From Octopus vulgaris (taxonomy: Eukaryota): a stretch of 64,000 bases of DNA. The position numbers and the translations under genes were made by a program. Of the stretch, positions 14,021 through 28,819 are shown one piece after another (within the stretch, counting starts at the first letter, position 1; each line of letters begins with the position of its first letter). Below the pieces are notes generated by a model that was not told the DNA's origin, ran no database searches, and saw only the letters and a list, made by a program, of their open reading frames with translations. The stretch is from assembly GCA_951406725.2 (NCBI GenBank), contig OX597820.1, positions 77,314,001 to 77,378,000 on the forward strand. The letters run 5' to 3'.

Positions 14021-16144
14021 TATCTATATGTGTATATTCTAGTATACCGGCATGTTTATCATTAGCATCATAGTAGAATAGCACCATCAGTAGAATATCA
14101 GTTTTCTTTCTCTATATTACAGACACTTGTCTTCCATTCTCTCAGCTAGATTTCGTTTGGTTTCTCCATGTAGGACGTAGGAGATATATGTTATACTCCC
14201 ATCCATGTATGGTATCTGCTGTATTTCATTCCTAGATTTACAGTCAACTTATGTGACTATGCAATTACTGTTAATACAGTTGGTCCTGTCAAAACGTATA
14301 TCATATGTAACTCGTACCTTATGCATTCGCTGAGATCTGTACCATTGAACGGAACGACCACTGACAAAGATCTCTTCCTTTATAACGCTCAATAAATAAA
14401 TAAACACTGAAGCGTCTAGTTGAAAAACAAATATTAAGCGCTCTGAACCATTTGAGCTAAATAGACTGCCGACAACAGAAGCCTGCTTTTATAATGCTAA
14501 CATTAGCTTAGAGTTTATCAGTTCGCGATAACTGTTTCAAAAGCAAACGTAACGTTATCAGCATTCCAAACCATGATAACAAAAAGACTGCAAAACATTT
14601 GCTACATGAAGACAGAGTTACCCGCTGTCTAACATCAATAGCGGCTTCAGACGGTAGAATATGCTTGGGGAGATTTTTTTTTTTGACACACACTGTATAG
14701 ACGTACAAAGAAAGATGCACCACAATGAAGCCAATAGTTTTAGTCACGCCCTCCTCTTAAAATCCATGCCACTCAAGAATGAGTATCAGGCAAACTCTAC
14801 AGCTATATAACATCAAACTTGTGGCCTCCAAATTCACTGGGGTGAAATATCAGAGGCCACTATGTTTTGAGCATTATTGAATCTGAGGCATAACCAGGTA
14901 GCGTTATTATAGGCCGCCATCTTCATTCTTACGGAGTGAAATAGGATCATTTAATTCAAGAAAGTCAACGATTTTGGTCACAGATTGAATTACTCATAGA
15001 AGCTGGAATGGATTCATAGAATAGTTGCATAGAAATGCTTATCCAGAACATTGAAATATATTCGCACTCTGCAAGATTAGAATCCTTTTATAAAATTCCA
15101 AATATGACACCAAATAACTATCGCATCCTGTATATGACAGTGTGTACGTACACATGTCTCTCTCTATATATTTAAATACATATATATATATATACACGTG
15201 TGTGTATGCATGTGTGTTTCTCTGTCACTATGTGCATGTGTGTGTGAGTGTATGTATGCATATATGCATGTATGCATGAATATATGTGTGTATGTATCTA
15301 TGTGTATCTATCTACGCATCTGTCTATCCATCTCTCTCTCTAGCTCGCTTTCGCTTTCAAAATTTAAAGATACACACACGCGCGCGAGTGTGTTCGTGTG
15401 CGTGTGTACACGCTCGAGTATATGTATATTTAGCGATACCAAGAGAGAGACAGAGAAACAGAGAGAGAGAGAGAGAGAGCTCCGTCTGTACATGTGTCTC
15501 TACATTGGTGTATTACATGAAAATGTGCGTGATATTTTTATGAGAATGGACATATATGGAATATGGTGTAATATTGATATGTTTGTTTATTTGGGATGTA
15601 TGCTTTTAGGAGAAGCCCAAGTGCTGAATCAACTTTTAAAACACAGATGGCTGTAGTTGATTCTGTTAACAACATGACTTCAACCGTTGCTCTGTAGACA
15701 CCATTTCATTTGACCCATATTAATGTCGAAATGAATACATGCACACACATATAGACACGCACGCAGATATCCACATATATTCGTGCTTTTCCTGAATATT
15801 ACAATATATATTTCATTTATTGTTATGAGAAACAAAGATTTAATAGAATTTAGAATTACTTTTGTGATATTGCATTGTCATATAAATATCATTTTAGTTC
15901 TTTGCTCTATCTCCATGGATAATATTTATATGTAGGAACTCATTTCATACAATGCGTGTTTCCGTGATAAAATATAGTATATGCATCGTAATAAATATTA
16001 ATATGTCGGTCATCAAATATTATTCGTGACTTTATCATTCATCCATGGACAAACATATATATGCACGCATAAAAGTATATATGTATACATATTCATATAT
16101 GTGTGTGTCTCTGTGTGTGTGCCTGACCATCTATGTCTAATACG

Positions 16145-16217
<73 letters not shown>

Positions 16218-19200
16218 TAAATTCAGCTTAAATTCGCTCCGTTCGAAAGGTCGCGATTATTGATTCGAATTTACCTCATCAAAAGTACAGTCAACGCTGA
16301 AATCTTTAAGAACAGAAACTAAAATCAACTTTTTAGCAAAATTTTGCAGTTACATACATTTTTCTTTGCAGCCATTATGTTGAAAGCTAAGCAAAAAAAA
16401 ACGGGTAAATGTGTGTGTGTGTGTATGTGTACGTGTTTTTGTGTGCGTGTGAGAATGTGTGTGTGTGAGTGTGCATATAAAGACAGTGTGTTGTGCATTA
16501 GAATATAGTGCGAAATACTGGTTAAAAGCAGAAATTATTAGGAATTCTTAAATGATACGCAATTTTATTAAAAGTCCATGACTACATCCAGGAACCATGG
16601 AAATTACTTTGCCAACATCAAATGAAGTATTTTTGATACGATCACATGTAGTATTAAGACAGTGATTGCAAACGCTGGTCCCGTGGGAAACTGCTCATAT
16701 CCCAGCCGGACGCAGCGTTCATCAATAGAAAAAATGAAATTCCTGCCGCTTTCCCTGCCGAAGTAGTAAGCCCCTTTAAATGAACATCAACCACCTGATA
16801 ACCCTGGCATAACTGATCCTCTCAGGGCATTTATTATCTGCTACCAGTATAGACTCCATCCTATGCTACAATTAATGCCATTAATTGTAACCCCAAATCA
16901 TTAATTGGTTTCTCGTATGTAAAGAGAATGTATGTGCAATCAATAAGATATGAGTCTTGCTTTCTGTCATTTTCATATTAGTCCTGTTTCAATAATCCCA
17001 GGTGAGCCTTTCCTTTCGATATAAGTAAAATGCTATATGTTTACTTTCAACTCCTTTTCATAGTCTCAGCTGGGGAACTGGTTACTTTTGTTATGAGAAC
17101 TCTAGCTGAGAAGATTACATCCTTCAGCGCAGTGCAGTGCCATTGGTGTAGTTTGTGCCAACGAACGAGTTTTCAGAAGGCCTTCTTACACCTATAATTT
17201 TTCTCATGTAACTGCCATTGAATACCATTCATTCATATTTATCAATATTATTATGGTTTACTTTATTATTTTTACTCATGATCGCATCAGTATTAACTAT
17301 ATTAACTATAGTGAGTATTGTTTTTATGTTTGATGTTAAATTTAGTGTCGAAGTTATATATTTATTATTCTTGGTATTTGTTGCAATGCTTCCCAGAGGA
17401 ATTCTATAAATTATCATCGACTGGTGTACTATTTTTTTTTTGTCTATCTTTTACTTTTCTGCTTTTTTCCATCATGTCTGTTGTAGTTTGTTGTTATTTG
17501 ATCGGGACTTTTTCGGCGCTGATTCATTGTACAAGTAGTCATTTTTGATGTATTGTCTCGCAAGTTTTGCAGAGGTTAATGTGTATTGTGTGTAATAGAT
17601 TCTCTTGAGAAGAATTATTTTCGTTGTCGTGAGCTTGCCATCATGTGATATATATTTTGCTTTCTTACAATGGAACCATAGTCTGTGTTTGTGCATTTCT
17701 AGTTTGCAATGTTTTTTATTGATTACCACGAATTCTGTAAAGTGGGAATTTACGTAAACCCTGTATAAAATAAACCTCCGCAAAACTTGTCTATCATTGT
17801 TAATGCGTGTATTACTGCTTTAAGATTTATATCAGAGTTTTAAGTACTTTTACTAGTGTTTGGTGATTGGCTTTATAAAGATATAGAGTGACTATTTTAC
17901 GCCAACATTATGGAATATGCGTTTTATTTCAACTCTGTACATATTTCGTCGATGTATAACTGTCGGCATTGCAGGTTATAGAGCTGAAGGTACATAATAT
18001 ACGCAACGGCAATGGTATACATATAAACACAGAGAGGGATACAGGCACGCATGCATGTGTATATGCATGCACGAATGTACGTACGTTCGTATGTATGTAT
18101 GTATGTATGTATGGATGGATGGATGGATGGATGGATGGATGGATGGATGGAAGGATGGATGGATGTTTATATGTACAAATTGATCTTGTAGCGTCATCGA
18201 CAATAAGTAGTTTTCGTACCTGATATACTTCACTTGTTCTGAACCAGTCAGATAACTGATAAGTCCGATGTAGGGCAGAAATGACTTCCACATATGTTTG
18301 GATCTGCATTCACATACTGCTGAATTCATCTTTACGGACAAGACAAAAATATATGAACCGTCTTGAAGTGGACTTTGTCGTGTGCTGGTCGACATAAATT
18401 ACGGCAGTTATTTGAGATATTTTTCCCTTTTTATTTCTTTATTTTGAGTTTTTGGTTGTAGACCTAACCAGCCGTTTAACAGTATAACCTGGTTCTTATG
18501 TACTTCAATCGGAGCATTCTCTATCGTATATGTACAAACAACGCCACAGTTTTGGGAATATATCCCTCGTTTACTTGAAAGGCCTTGGATAATGTCCACA
18601 GGATCTCTCAGATTAAGCGGTAAAATAATCTCTATATGTTTCTGTCTGTACTTTATACCTAACTGGGTGAAAAAGTGAAGTATTGTGGCCATGAAGAGTT
18701 AAATCCAGTGTCCCATCACATATTAGCAGCTACGTACATATCTACATAACATCAGTTTAGGTTTCTGTAATTGAAATTTTGGGCTTCATGAATTGCGATA
18801 TAATTTTATGGTCCATGCACAGATCTAATTAAGTGATCAAAACTAGTTTCATGGAAGCAATAAAATTAACAGCATATGTAATTAACAGCAAAGAAAGGGA
18901 TTTCCTATCATGGCAGTTTTTCTCTGCTTAATGCAACTTCAGTTCCTTCTCCAATAAAACCAGTGTATGAAAGAAATACCTTCTGTATGAAATCTAATGA
19001 CAAATCAGAACATATACGGGTATCTTTATCAAACACATAATGCAATATCGGAATGACCGCAGCAGTTTGAATGCGTGTTAGAGAAATGAAATAGATGAAA
19101 TGGCATTGAATGCATTACATGTAAAGCTATCTCTCGGCTAGTCAATGATACGCTTGGAAGAACGATATCTATCGTTACAACCGAATGGACTAAAGCAAGA

Positions 19201-20068
19201 AAATGCCTTGGAATTGACTTGTGCAAATTAACACACGGCTTTAGCATTCATATATATATATATATAAAAGATTTTTTTCAATATGTAAAACTATGGAAAA
19301 TGTTCCGTGGCTAACTGCAAAACAAAATAAAATGTTTGGGATTTCATTTCAAATTCCTCTACTATAGCGAAAAGTTGACAAATAAGTTTTGAGATAATTA
19401 CGTGTTTTGTAAAGGAATACATTGGTAGAGATAATGATAAAAGAAAGGATAACATTCAAAGGTATCTTCTTTACATAATCATCGATCAATACATTATTAC
19501 AATAATATGATGCAAATTGAATTAGTGATATATATAGAGGAAAAAATGAAATGATTCGTAAAAAATATTTGTGAATAGTGCAAAGCTTCATTAGTAAGTA
19601 CGTTTTATGCTAGAAATATTTCTTGCCTTCAGAGTAAGTAACAAGGTTTAAGATAATAGAAATAAGTATTGGGTACGAAGCCATTATTATTACAAATATA
19701 ATAGCTTGACTATATATTATTCGATAAGGAAGACATAATACCTGAATGTACAGTCAGTGCTCATACGGTCTGGAAACAGAAAATATTTTAATTATCATTT
19801 TTCTATATAAAGTTTGAGTAATCGGTTTAGACACATGAATATCTCTCAAGGCAATAGTCCTTTGTCATACAACATAGTATGTTAACATATTAACATTAAG
19901 AACTAAATAATGTGGGGGGGGGTTCTATAGTTATGTATACAGGTAAATATAAACATATATAGATACACATATGATATAAAAATAACACATATATATGAAT
20001 ACATACATATATATATATAAAAATAAATTTATTTATTTATTTATACATATATATGTATATATATGTGC

Positions 20069-20159
<91 letters not shown>

Positions 20160-20160
<1 letters not shown>

Positions 20161-20321
20161 GCGCAGGAGTGGCTATGTGGGTAAGAAGCTTGCTTCCCAA
20201 CCACATATTTCCGAGTTCAGTCCCACTGCGTGGCACACTGGGCAAGCGTCTTCTACTATAGACTCGGGCCGACCAAAGTCTTGTTAGTTGATTTCGTAGA
20301 CGGAAACTGAAAGAATTACGT

Positions 20322-20382
<61 letters not shown>

Positions 20383-20593
20383 GTGTGTATGTGTTCGTCC
20401 CACCGCCGGCACTTGACAACCGATGCTGGTGTATTCATGTCCCCCGTAACTTAGCGGTTCGGCAAAAGGGCACGACAGAATAAGTACTAGGCTAACAAAG
20501 CATAAGTTCTGGGGTCGATTTCTTCGACTAAATCCCTTGAAGGCGGTGCTCCAGCATGGTCACAGTCAAATGACTGAAACACGTAAAAGAATA
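20160..20593 (+). mobile_element. SINE family A, complete
   Basis: Same head, internal microsatellite and tail as 12800-13211. Confidence 0.93.
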
Positions 20594-21459
20594 TGTATGT
20601 GAGTGTGTGCATGCATATATACATATAATTACATATAAAGATATTATACATTCGTATACATGTATAAATACATATTAATATATATCGTATACATGTATAG
20701 ATACATATTAATATGTATCGTATAAATTTTTAAAGTGTTAATGACAATATCTGAAATTATATAGAATATTTATGAAAACTTCATTTAAACTGCAAGTACG
20801 TAGGAAGAGTTAAATCAAATGGATTAAGATTCCGCATGATTCATTCGCAATACAGAATATCATGAAAATTCGTAAATTGTGTATTTTCATGTAATAAACT
20901 TAAACGAAGCGAAAGCATTGAGACAGATATGGTTAACTGAAGCGCATTTTCAACATATATTCTACTGAGTTGTCTATTTTATAAGGCATATACGTGTATA
21001 TCAAACGTGGTAAACATATGCAGAGTCTTGGAGACATTCATGAAGAAATTGACTGGTTTATACTTTCCACTGTTTTAGTCATTAGTAAGCTGGAACCTGC
21101 TCTGGGACATGTCTGTACAGATATTAAATAGAGGGCAATTGGAGAAGCCTGTTGCCATTATTTAAAATTTTTCTTCTAAAGATAGTTTTAACCTTGTAAA
21201 TTCAATCAGGTACGGTTACCAATTTAATTCCTCCCAATGAATGATGGCCTTATGCTCTTTTACTCTTTTACTTGTTTCAGTCATGTGACTGCCGACATAT
21301 TGGAGCACCGCCTTTAGTCGAGCAAATCGACCCCAGGACTTATTCTTTGTAAGCCTAGTACTTATTCTATCGTTCTCTTTCACCGAACCGCTAGGTTTCG
21401 GGGACGTAAACACGTCAGCATCGGTTGTCAAGCGAGGTTGGGGACAAACACAAACACAC

Positions 21460-21962
<503 letters not shown>

Positions 21963-21965
21963 AAA

Positions 21966-22369
21966 CTTAGATAAACTTAGATATGTTTCGACCAAAGATT
22001 GGTCCAGGCCATGTCTAACTTAATAGCACCACCTGATAGGATTATTCGAATCCTGTTTAAGTCAAGTTTTGTTTATGGTCCATTCAAGTAGTGAGTTCTT
22101 GTTGGGTGAGTTGTATCCAATTATGGGTGCCTTATCCGGTATTCTTTGAAGGAATCTATCCACACTCCGTTTAAAGTTGATGGGATCCTTTTCCTCTTTG
22201 ATCTACCTCGGGACAATGTTCAATAGAGCAGGGCCTGTTAAGGAAAAGAAATTATGTTGCAGTGTACATGCTGTGATCTTGAATGGCCCGTGGTCCCAGT
22301 CTTGGATGAACCTTGAAGCTAATGTTAAGGTCGTTTGGGCAAAGTGGGCGGTATATTCTCCACATCGTA

Positions 22370-22370
<1 letters not shown>
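21966..22370 (-). mobile_element. 3' fragment of a different CR1-group LINE family
   Basis: Minus strand gives MWRIYRPLCPNDLNISFKVHPRLGPR then NFFSLTGPALLNIVPR*IKEEKDPINFKRSVDRFLQRIPDKAPIIGYNSPNKNSLLEW. This follows the same C-terminal ORF2 pattern (GP.L.N, FK..D.FL...PD) as the large LINE. Confidence 0.75.
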
Positions 22371-22407
<37 letters not shown>

Positions 22408-22424
22408 TATATATATATATATAG

Positions 22425-22670
22425 TAATTAAGGGTTTAGCAACGATTTGCCTCACCACACGGTGCTGTGGTTTTACTGAGATTTCCCTTTTAGTAGAAAG
22501 AATAGCTATAACTCTTTGACTGTTATTTCTAAATTCGGTGTGTGGTGAGGCAAATCGTTGCTAAACCCTTAATTATTTAGTATTACTTAAACTTTCCTCG
22601 AATGAGGCTTTTACATGCCGATATCTACTTGGTGAAATTAATGATTATTCCAAATTAATTAATTTCACCC
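22425..22670. mobile_element. Short insertion with a perfect 36-bp inverted repeat plus a hairpin-ended tail (PLE-derived or MITE)
   Basis: 22425-22460 is the exact reverse complement of 22540-22575. The tail ends GTGAAATTAAT...ATTAATTTCACCC, and (TA)n flanks both sides. Confidence 0.7.
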
Positions 22671-22759
22671 TATATTATATTATATACATATATATATATA
22701 TATGCATATATATATATATATGCATATATATATATATATGCATATATATGTATACACAC

Positions 22760-22794
<35 letters not shown>

Positions 22795-24494
22795 GATAGA
22801 TAGATAGATATATAGATATATATATATATAGATATATATATACATATATATATATATAGATAGATATAGATATATATACATATATACGACGTGCCTCTTT
22901 CAGTTTCCGTCTACTAAATCCACTCACAAGGCTTTAGTCGGCCCGAGAATATAGTAGAAGACACTTGCCCAAGGTGCCACCCAGAACCATGTGGTTTGTA
23001 AGCAAGCTTCTTACCACACAGCTACACCCGTGCCTATGTTAGCAAATTGCTCGTAGATTTACTCCAGTTTGATAGCAAATACTCCAACAGGAAACGCCAT
23101 TCTTCTTTCGGTGCTTCAGAATAAAAATAACGAAAATTATTGTATACATAGCTTAAGTGCAGTACACCTCATCAGAAAAGATAATGAGCAGTACATAGAA
23201 TAGAATAGAATAATACGTTAAAAAGCCTGTGGGAGGTTGCATCTGAAAGAAGAAGCAGCGTGTTCTTCCATTCATGTGTACATATCTCGCCACCAACTGA
23301 CATTGTGAAATAATAGCGTGTACTACCTCTCCTCACAACACGTCTCTCATTATTTTGGATATTATTATTATTATAAGCTGCAAACTATGCAGCTTATAAT
23401 TGCTCGTTTTCTTCCTTGGAAATACGCGAACACATAAAACCCATTTCAACATTAAATGTTTTCAATATTTCCGTCCTTATCTTTCCTCAGAAAATGATTC
23501 CGCTACCCTTTCCTTTTAGGTCCATGCCCCTCCATTCAGTACTTGGGCATATTCAAAATAAGTCAATTGCATTACCCCGGCATATATAATGTACACAATA
23601 GAAATTGGGACAGGCATAGCATTTGCAATTCTATTTTGATTACTTTAGACAAAGCCATCAACTCAAATACCTATGACAGAAGAATTTTATCGAAAGAGTC
23701 TAAAATTACAGAAACTCTCCTGAACTATTAGAAAGTATGATTGAAAATAAATATAACAGGGTGTCTTGAGATAGCAGCACAGTTCACACTAACCCTTTCG
23801 CTAAATGAAGAAGCAGAATATAACTCTCTTTTTCCGTGCAAATCTTATTGACATAGTACTTCGAGAAACCAATATACTCAACATCGAAAGTGCACACATC
23901 ATTCCGATTCGATCAACATACGTTAGGTCGAAGTTGAATAGGAGCAACTGCTCAAAATCATGTATGTAAGCATAGCACACTGTTTAACATGTCTGGAAAT
24001 AATGTTGTTGAAACTGTGTATTATAACTTCATTTTAAATACTATACTACCCAGGCTTGTCTGATCGTCTATTTGACCATATAATATTTCTGTAGCAATGT
24101 GCTTTTTAACGTCATATTACTTATTAATTTTATCACATTTTATTTTATTTGAATAGAAAATGAAACCGTTACTACAATCTTTTTTTACGTATAGCACTGA
24201 GAAAGCAATTATTTTCTGTTATTTTCTATATTAATGGAACTCTGCATGGTTCTGAAAACATTAGGAGATCTTTAGTTGCAAATACTGCAAGGTATTTCAT
24301 ATTACTAGTGAAGTAGGTAGCAATCTGTAGCGAAATTGGATTCAGGTGTTGTAAACAAGTACTGCTGATTTACAGTACTGCTGAATCAGATTGTACGGAA
24401 TGATATCACTGAATATTTAGTAAGATTCAGTACACAAACATATATAAATTGTGGCATATACCTAGCCTTGACAATACCTACTTCCTACAAAATG

Positions 24495-24837
24495 TGAAGG
24501 CGCATGGCTCAGTGGTTAGAGCGTCGAGCTTACGATCGTGAGGTTGTGAGCTCGAATCCCGGACCGGGCTGCGTGTTGTGTTCTTGAGCAAGGCACTTTA
24601 TTTCACGTTGCTCCAGTTCACTCAGCTGTAGAAATGAGTTGCGACGTCACTGGTGCCAAGCTGTATCGACCTTTGTCTTTCCCTTGAATAACACCAGTGG
24701 CATGGAGAGGGGAGGCTGGTATGCATGGGCGACTGCTGGTCTTCCATAAACAAACTTGCCCGGACTTGTGTCTAAGAGGGTAACTTTCTAGGTGCAATCC
24801 CATGGTCATTCATGACCAAAGGGGGTCTTTACCCCTT
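24495..24837 (+). mobile_element. tRNA-derived CORE-like SINE (family C) with 9-bp TSD
   Basis: Head GGCGCATGGCTCAGTGGTTAGAGCG...CTCGAATCCC; core TGTGTTCTTGAGCAAGGCACTTTATTTCAC...CACTCAGCTGTAGAAATGAG; TACAAAATG duplicated at 24486-24494 and 24838-24846. Confidence 0.9.
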
Positions 24838-26702
24838 TACAAAATGAGACATAACATGTTTATTACAATTTTAACATTGATTAAAATCAGTGCCGGATGT
24901 TTATTGTTGTCCTACTCCCTGTTAGTGTTTCACGTGTGTCCATCCACTTTTTAACTTCTCGATCTCCTTGTACACCTCAACGTGGCAGAGGAATATCCAA
25001 TGAAAATCTGAGGGAATTTTATCCTCTGAATTACATTCTAACCAGAGAAATCAACTCACTGGTCTATGTTCTTCCTTGTTTGCAGAGTGCCAGCAGAGCG
25101 GCCTATGTTTACTCCGTCACAAAGAAAACTTGATTGATGAAGGTCAAACATCGGTTACGTAACCATCTTTTAGCATACGAGCGCTGAAAGCAGGGCGGCA
25201 AACAAAAGAAAGCTTTGGCGAAAGTGCTGGTATTTTTTGACTTCTCCTTGTAGTATACAAGTCGATTACCAGCAACCTTCTGAATGGTTATAACAGTGTT
25301 TATAAGTAAAAGAGATTTCAGAAAAAAACAAAATTGAGTCAAGTTATTGTATTTTAGTACTGACATTGTTATTATTTAGCCTCAGATTAGTAATGAACGA
25401 GTGGATTTATGGTCAAGTGGAGATCATGGACTTCTATCCTTCATAACATTCAAAGGATGTATCTAACTACAATATCCAATTTTACTTATACACAGGGGTG
25501 CGTAAATCCAGTCTTTTAATATGCGTGGAAAATACTTTTCGTTTTTCATCCAATTACATAAATAGAGAACTGAAAAGAACATTCCACTTATATTAAGCAA
25601 CCGTATATCTACTTTGCCCACGCATTTTCAGGAAAGTGTTAACTTATTGTGTTACTAAAGTTGTAGCGAAATTTCTCCGCCATCATTAACACCGATACTT
25701 ACTGAAAGCTGAAGTAGTTCATCAATAAAATGAATTATTACTGCAAAAAAACATGTTTTCATACATCGCAAAAATAACAATCTATTTTGTATTGTACCGT
25801 AAATAAATATCACATTAAAACATGGTATTCATTTCTATCTTGTGGCAATAATTACGATAACTTGGAGTCATTTTAAACTCGCATTGTTTTTCAGATTCAT
25901 TGATTTTTGTGGCAATAATATTCCACGCAATCATTTACTCTAATCGTGTCAATTTTTTTAGGGATAATAGCATTTTGATTCATAGTCTAATGGATGTATT
26001 CATGTGCGTGTTTATGTGCATGTATTTGTGCGTGTGTGTGTGAATACTATCCTTCTAACGTTTAAATGTCTACATAAGCTGTCATAAAGAGAGAATTTAA
26101 AAATAAAACAAATGCATATCTTGTTGATTTAAAATTTAAATACAAACTCCGAAAGTTTTTACCATTCTATAGTACAATAGTTTAAGTTATTTGATACAGA
26201 ACTAAAACGTAAAACTAATATTATCTAAATGCGGTTTGTTTCTCTGTAAAGTAACTTCAGAAAATAATAAAAGTATATATATTGTGATACTTCGGTATAG
26301 TCCATCTAGAATATATAGAGTTAACCATACGTAATAATATATGACAATAATAAAATTCCATTACATATCGTGGTGTTCATCATGTAACCAGACGGAAAAT
26401 TATTATAGCTTCAAATAAAAAGAATATGCAAGTAGTACAAAGACGTTTATGAGATACCTCTGGAGACTTTGTAAAAATGTCTTGCGCTCAATGTCATCAA
26501 CGTGTAATAGAGAGAGAGAAAGTTTGATAGAGTATAAGTACCGAAAATGTGATAGGATGTAACAAATATATATTATAGACTTCGATCATATATTGCTTCT
26601 GACTCTCATTTAATATTTTTCTTCATGTTATGCTTATACACACACACACACACACACACATGGTCATGCATATGTGTGAGTGTGAGATTGAGTGTATGTA
26701 TG

Positions 26703-26744
<42 letters not shown>

Positions 26745-27199
26745 CGTAAAGATGATTGTTTGTGTTCGTGTTTCATTTTCGCAACCACGAATGTGTCTGA
26801 ATCCAGCCTCTTCGTACGATACAATGGACAAGTAGCTTCTACAATAGGCCTAAACATGCCAATAATTTTTGAATGGATTTGGTAGACGGAAACTGTGAGG
26901 AATCCATATGCATGCCACATTGTTTTATGTTTTGTCTATCAAGTCTTCAAAACAGATGTTCATTTGCTTATGATCTGTATACATGAGGTTCTGTAGAATG
27001 TAAACGAGAGTAAGCTGCTGGCTTTAAAAATGTAATAATATCGTGTATATTATCTAACTGAAGTAAATAGAAATACATACACACGTTCCTGTTGTTGTAG
27101 AAGGAAAAGCATGCGGTTTACATCTATGTTTCTGCTTCCTCGCTTTTATGAGAGTGTAGTTTACACGTTTTTTTCTTTAGGTGTATGTAACTTTGTAAA

Positions 27200-28020
27200 T
27201 AGTTGTCCTAAAGCACTGGTCGAGGATACGGAATTAGCCTAAACTGACCGATCAGTATAGTGATGTGTCCATGGTTGGTTTTAGTTGAGTTGGCTGGTTG
27301 ATTCGTGGTGCTGTTTCATCCGTTTGTAGAGCTCTTTCATCGGTTGTGTTCATGGCGGTGTGGGTAACAATGCAGATTTGCGTGTAGTGTTTTCTTCTTG
27401 TTCTTGCTGCTGTTTCTGTTGCTTTTTTCGTTGTTGTTGTTGTTGTTGTTGTTGATGCTGTTGCTGTTGTTGTTGATGCTGTTGCTGTTGTTGTTGTTTC
27501 TGTTCTCTTGGGCAGTCAATTTTTAGGTGTTTTTTGCTGTCACAAAGTTGACAGCAAGGTCTTCTGCCTTCAACAGCCAAATATAAGGTGGTGCCTTCCG
27601 ACAGTTTTATAAGATCTGGCATATTTTCGATCATCTCTCGATCGGCTTGAATCAACAACTCGAAAGCCTGTCCTAACTAGTTTTGCTGCTTGAGGACGAC
27701 AATTTCTATGAAATTATAGCAGATCGCTGACACCAGCCATCGTGCTTCTATCGCAGGGGGCAAATCTTTAATTTTTGTTCGTCACCCAACGACCAAGGTA
27801 CGTAGGAAACATCATGATATCCTCGTACTTTAGTGAATGCATTGAATAAGCTTTTGCTTGCTCCACTGTGTCAAATCTAACTTCAAATGTGGCAAATCTT
27901 TTGCTCCTTGTGATGTATTATTTGCGTGCCCATATCGGCCTTTTCAGTTGTTTGTTGGTTTATATTTTCGGGCTTTCTCTTTTTCAAACGTATGGTCTTA
28001 TATATGATAATCTTCTGCTA
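27200..28020 (-). pseudogene. Decayed gag-like ORF1 of an L1/Tx1-type non-LTR element
   Basis: Contains LAVEGRRPCCQLCDSKKHLKIDC, a CX2CX4HX4C zinc knuckle after an EG..P motif. It is preceded by a frameshifted RRM-like segment FATFEVRFDTVEQAKAY...PTYLGR and followed by a poly-Q tract. Confidence 0.65.
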
Positions 28021-28340
28021 ATGTTCTGTAAAATATATTGTGGTGTATTTAGTTTTATTGTTCTACACTCCTTAGATAGAAGGGATCTGGTTCCTATCAA
28101 CTGTTGCGGAATAAATGCAATTATTTGTTTCCTTTATCTCACAACTGAAGCAATGTTGCTTTGGCGGGGGTATCGGTGATGTTGATGGTAGGGATGGTGG
28201 TGGTGGTGGTGATGGTGGTGGTGGTTGCAGTGGTGGAGGCCGTGATGATGGCAGTCGATATGTTTTCATTTTTCTTGCTTTCCTTTTCCATCTGCTTGCT
28301 AGGAACGGTGGTGTCAGAATGCTGATGCTCACGTTGTTCA

Positions 28341-28434
<94 letters not shown>

Positions 28435-28819
28435 AATGTGAATGTGAATCAATGCTTACTTTCTTTCCTGCAGCGTTCGACAATTTAGCGAAATCATTAA
28501 TATCCTATTTGGATGCATCACCGCTGGCAGCCTCAGAAAAGCTCTCCATTTTTCCGGACGCATTATTATTATTATTTTAAATCAAACTTCAAAATCCGAA
28601 AATTCACCCTTAAAGGTTGAATTTTCGAGCGAGAAACTCGCTAAGGCGATTTTAGATGCTGTTAACCAACTTTTTAACAAAAATTAATTATAAATACATA
28701 TAAATAAACAAGAGAAATTTGACTTACGGGAAACGAAGCGACGACAGCCAATCAGATACATACATACATAAATAGAATGATAGATAGATAGATATATATA
28801 TATAGAGAGAGAGAGAGAG

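Noticed and set aside
17218-17409. Hydrophobic 63-aa ORF
   Set aside because: T-rich low-complexity DNA with a TTG start and no recognisable family.
24495-24570. Possible tRNA gene (likewise the heads at 13211, 20160, 45099, 51577 and 62541)
   Set aside because: These are SINE heads: they continue into SINE bodies, some have TSDs, and they lack proper acceptor stems.
25490-25640. Possible Tc1-like terminus (TACACAGGGGTGCG)
   Set aside because: No matching second TIR or transposase motif found.
28455-28760. Possible minus-strand first exon or promoter (GTAAGC and GTAAGT donor-like sites, AGCCAATCAG box)
   Set aside because: Motifs only. No downstream coding exon could be linked and the two donor sites conflict; RNA-seq is needed.
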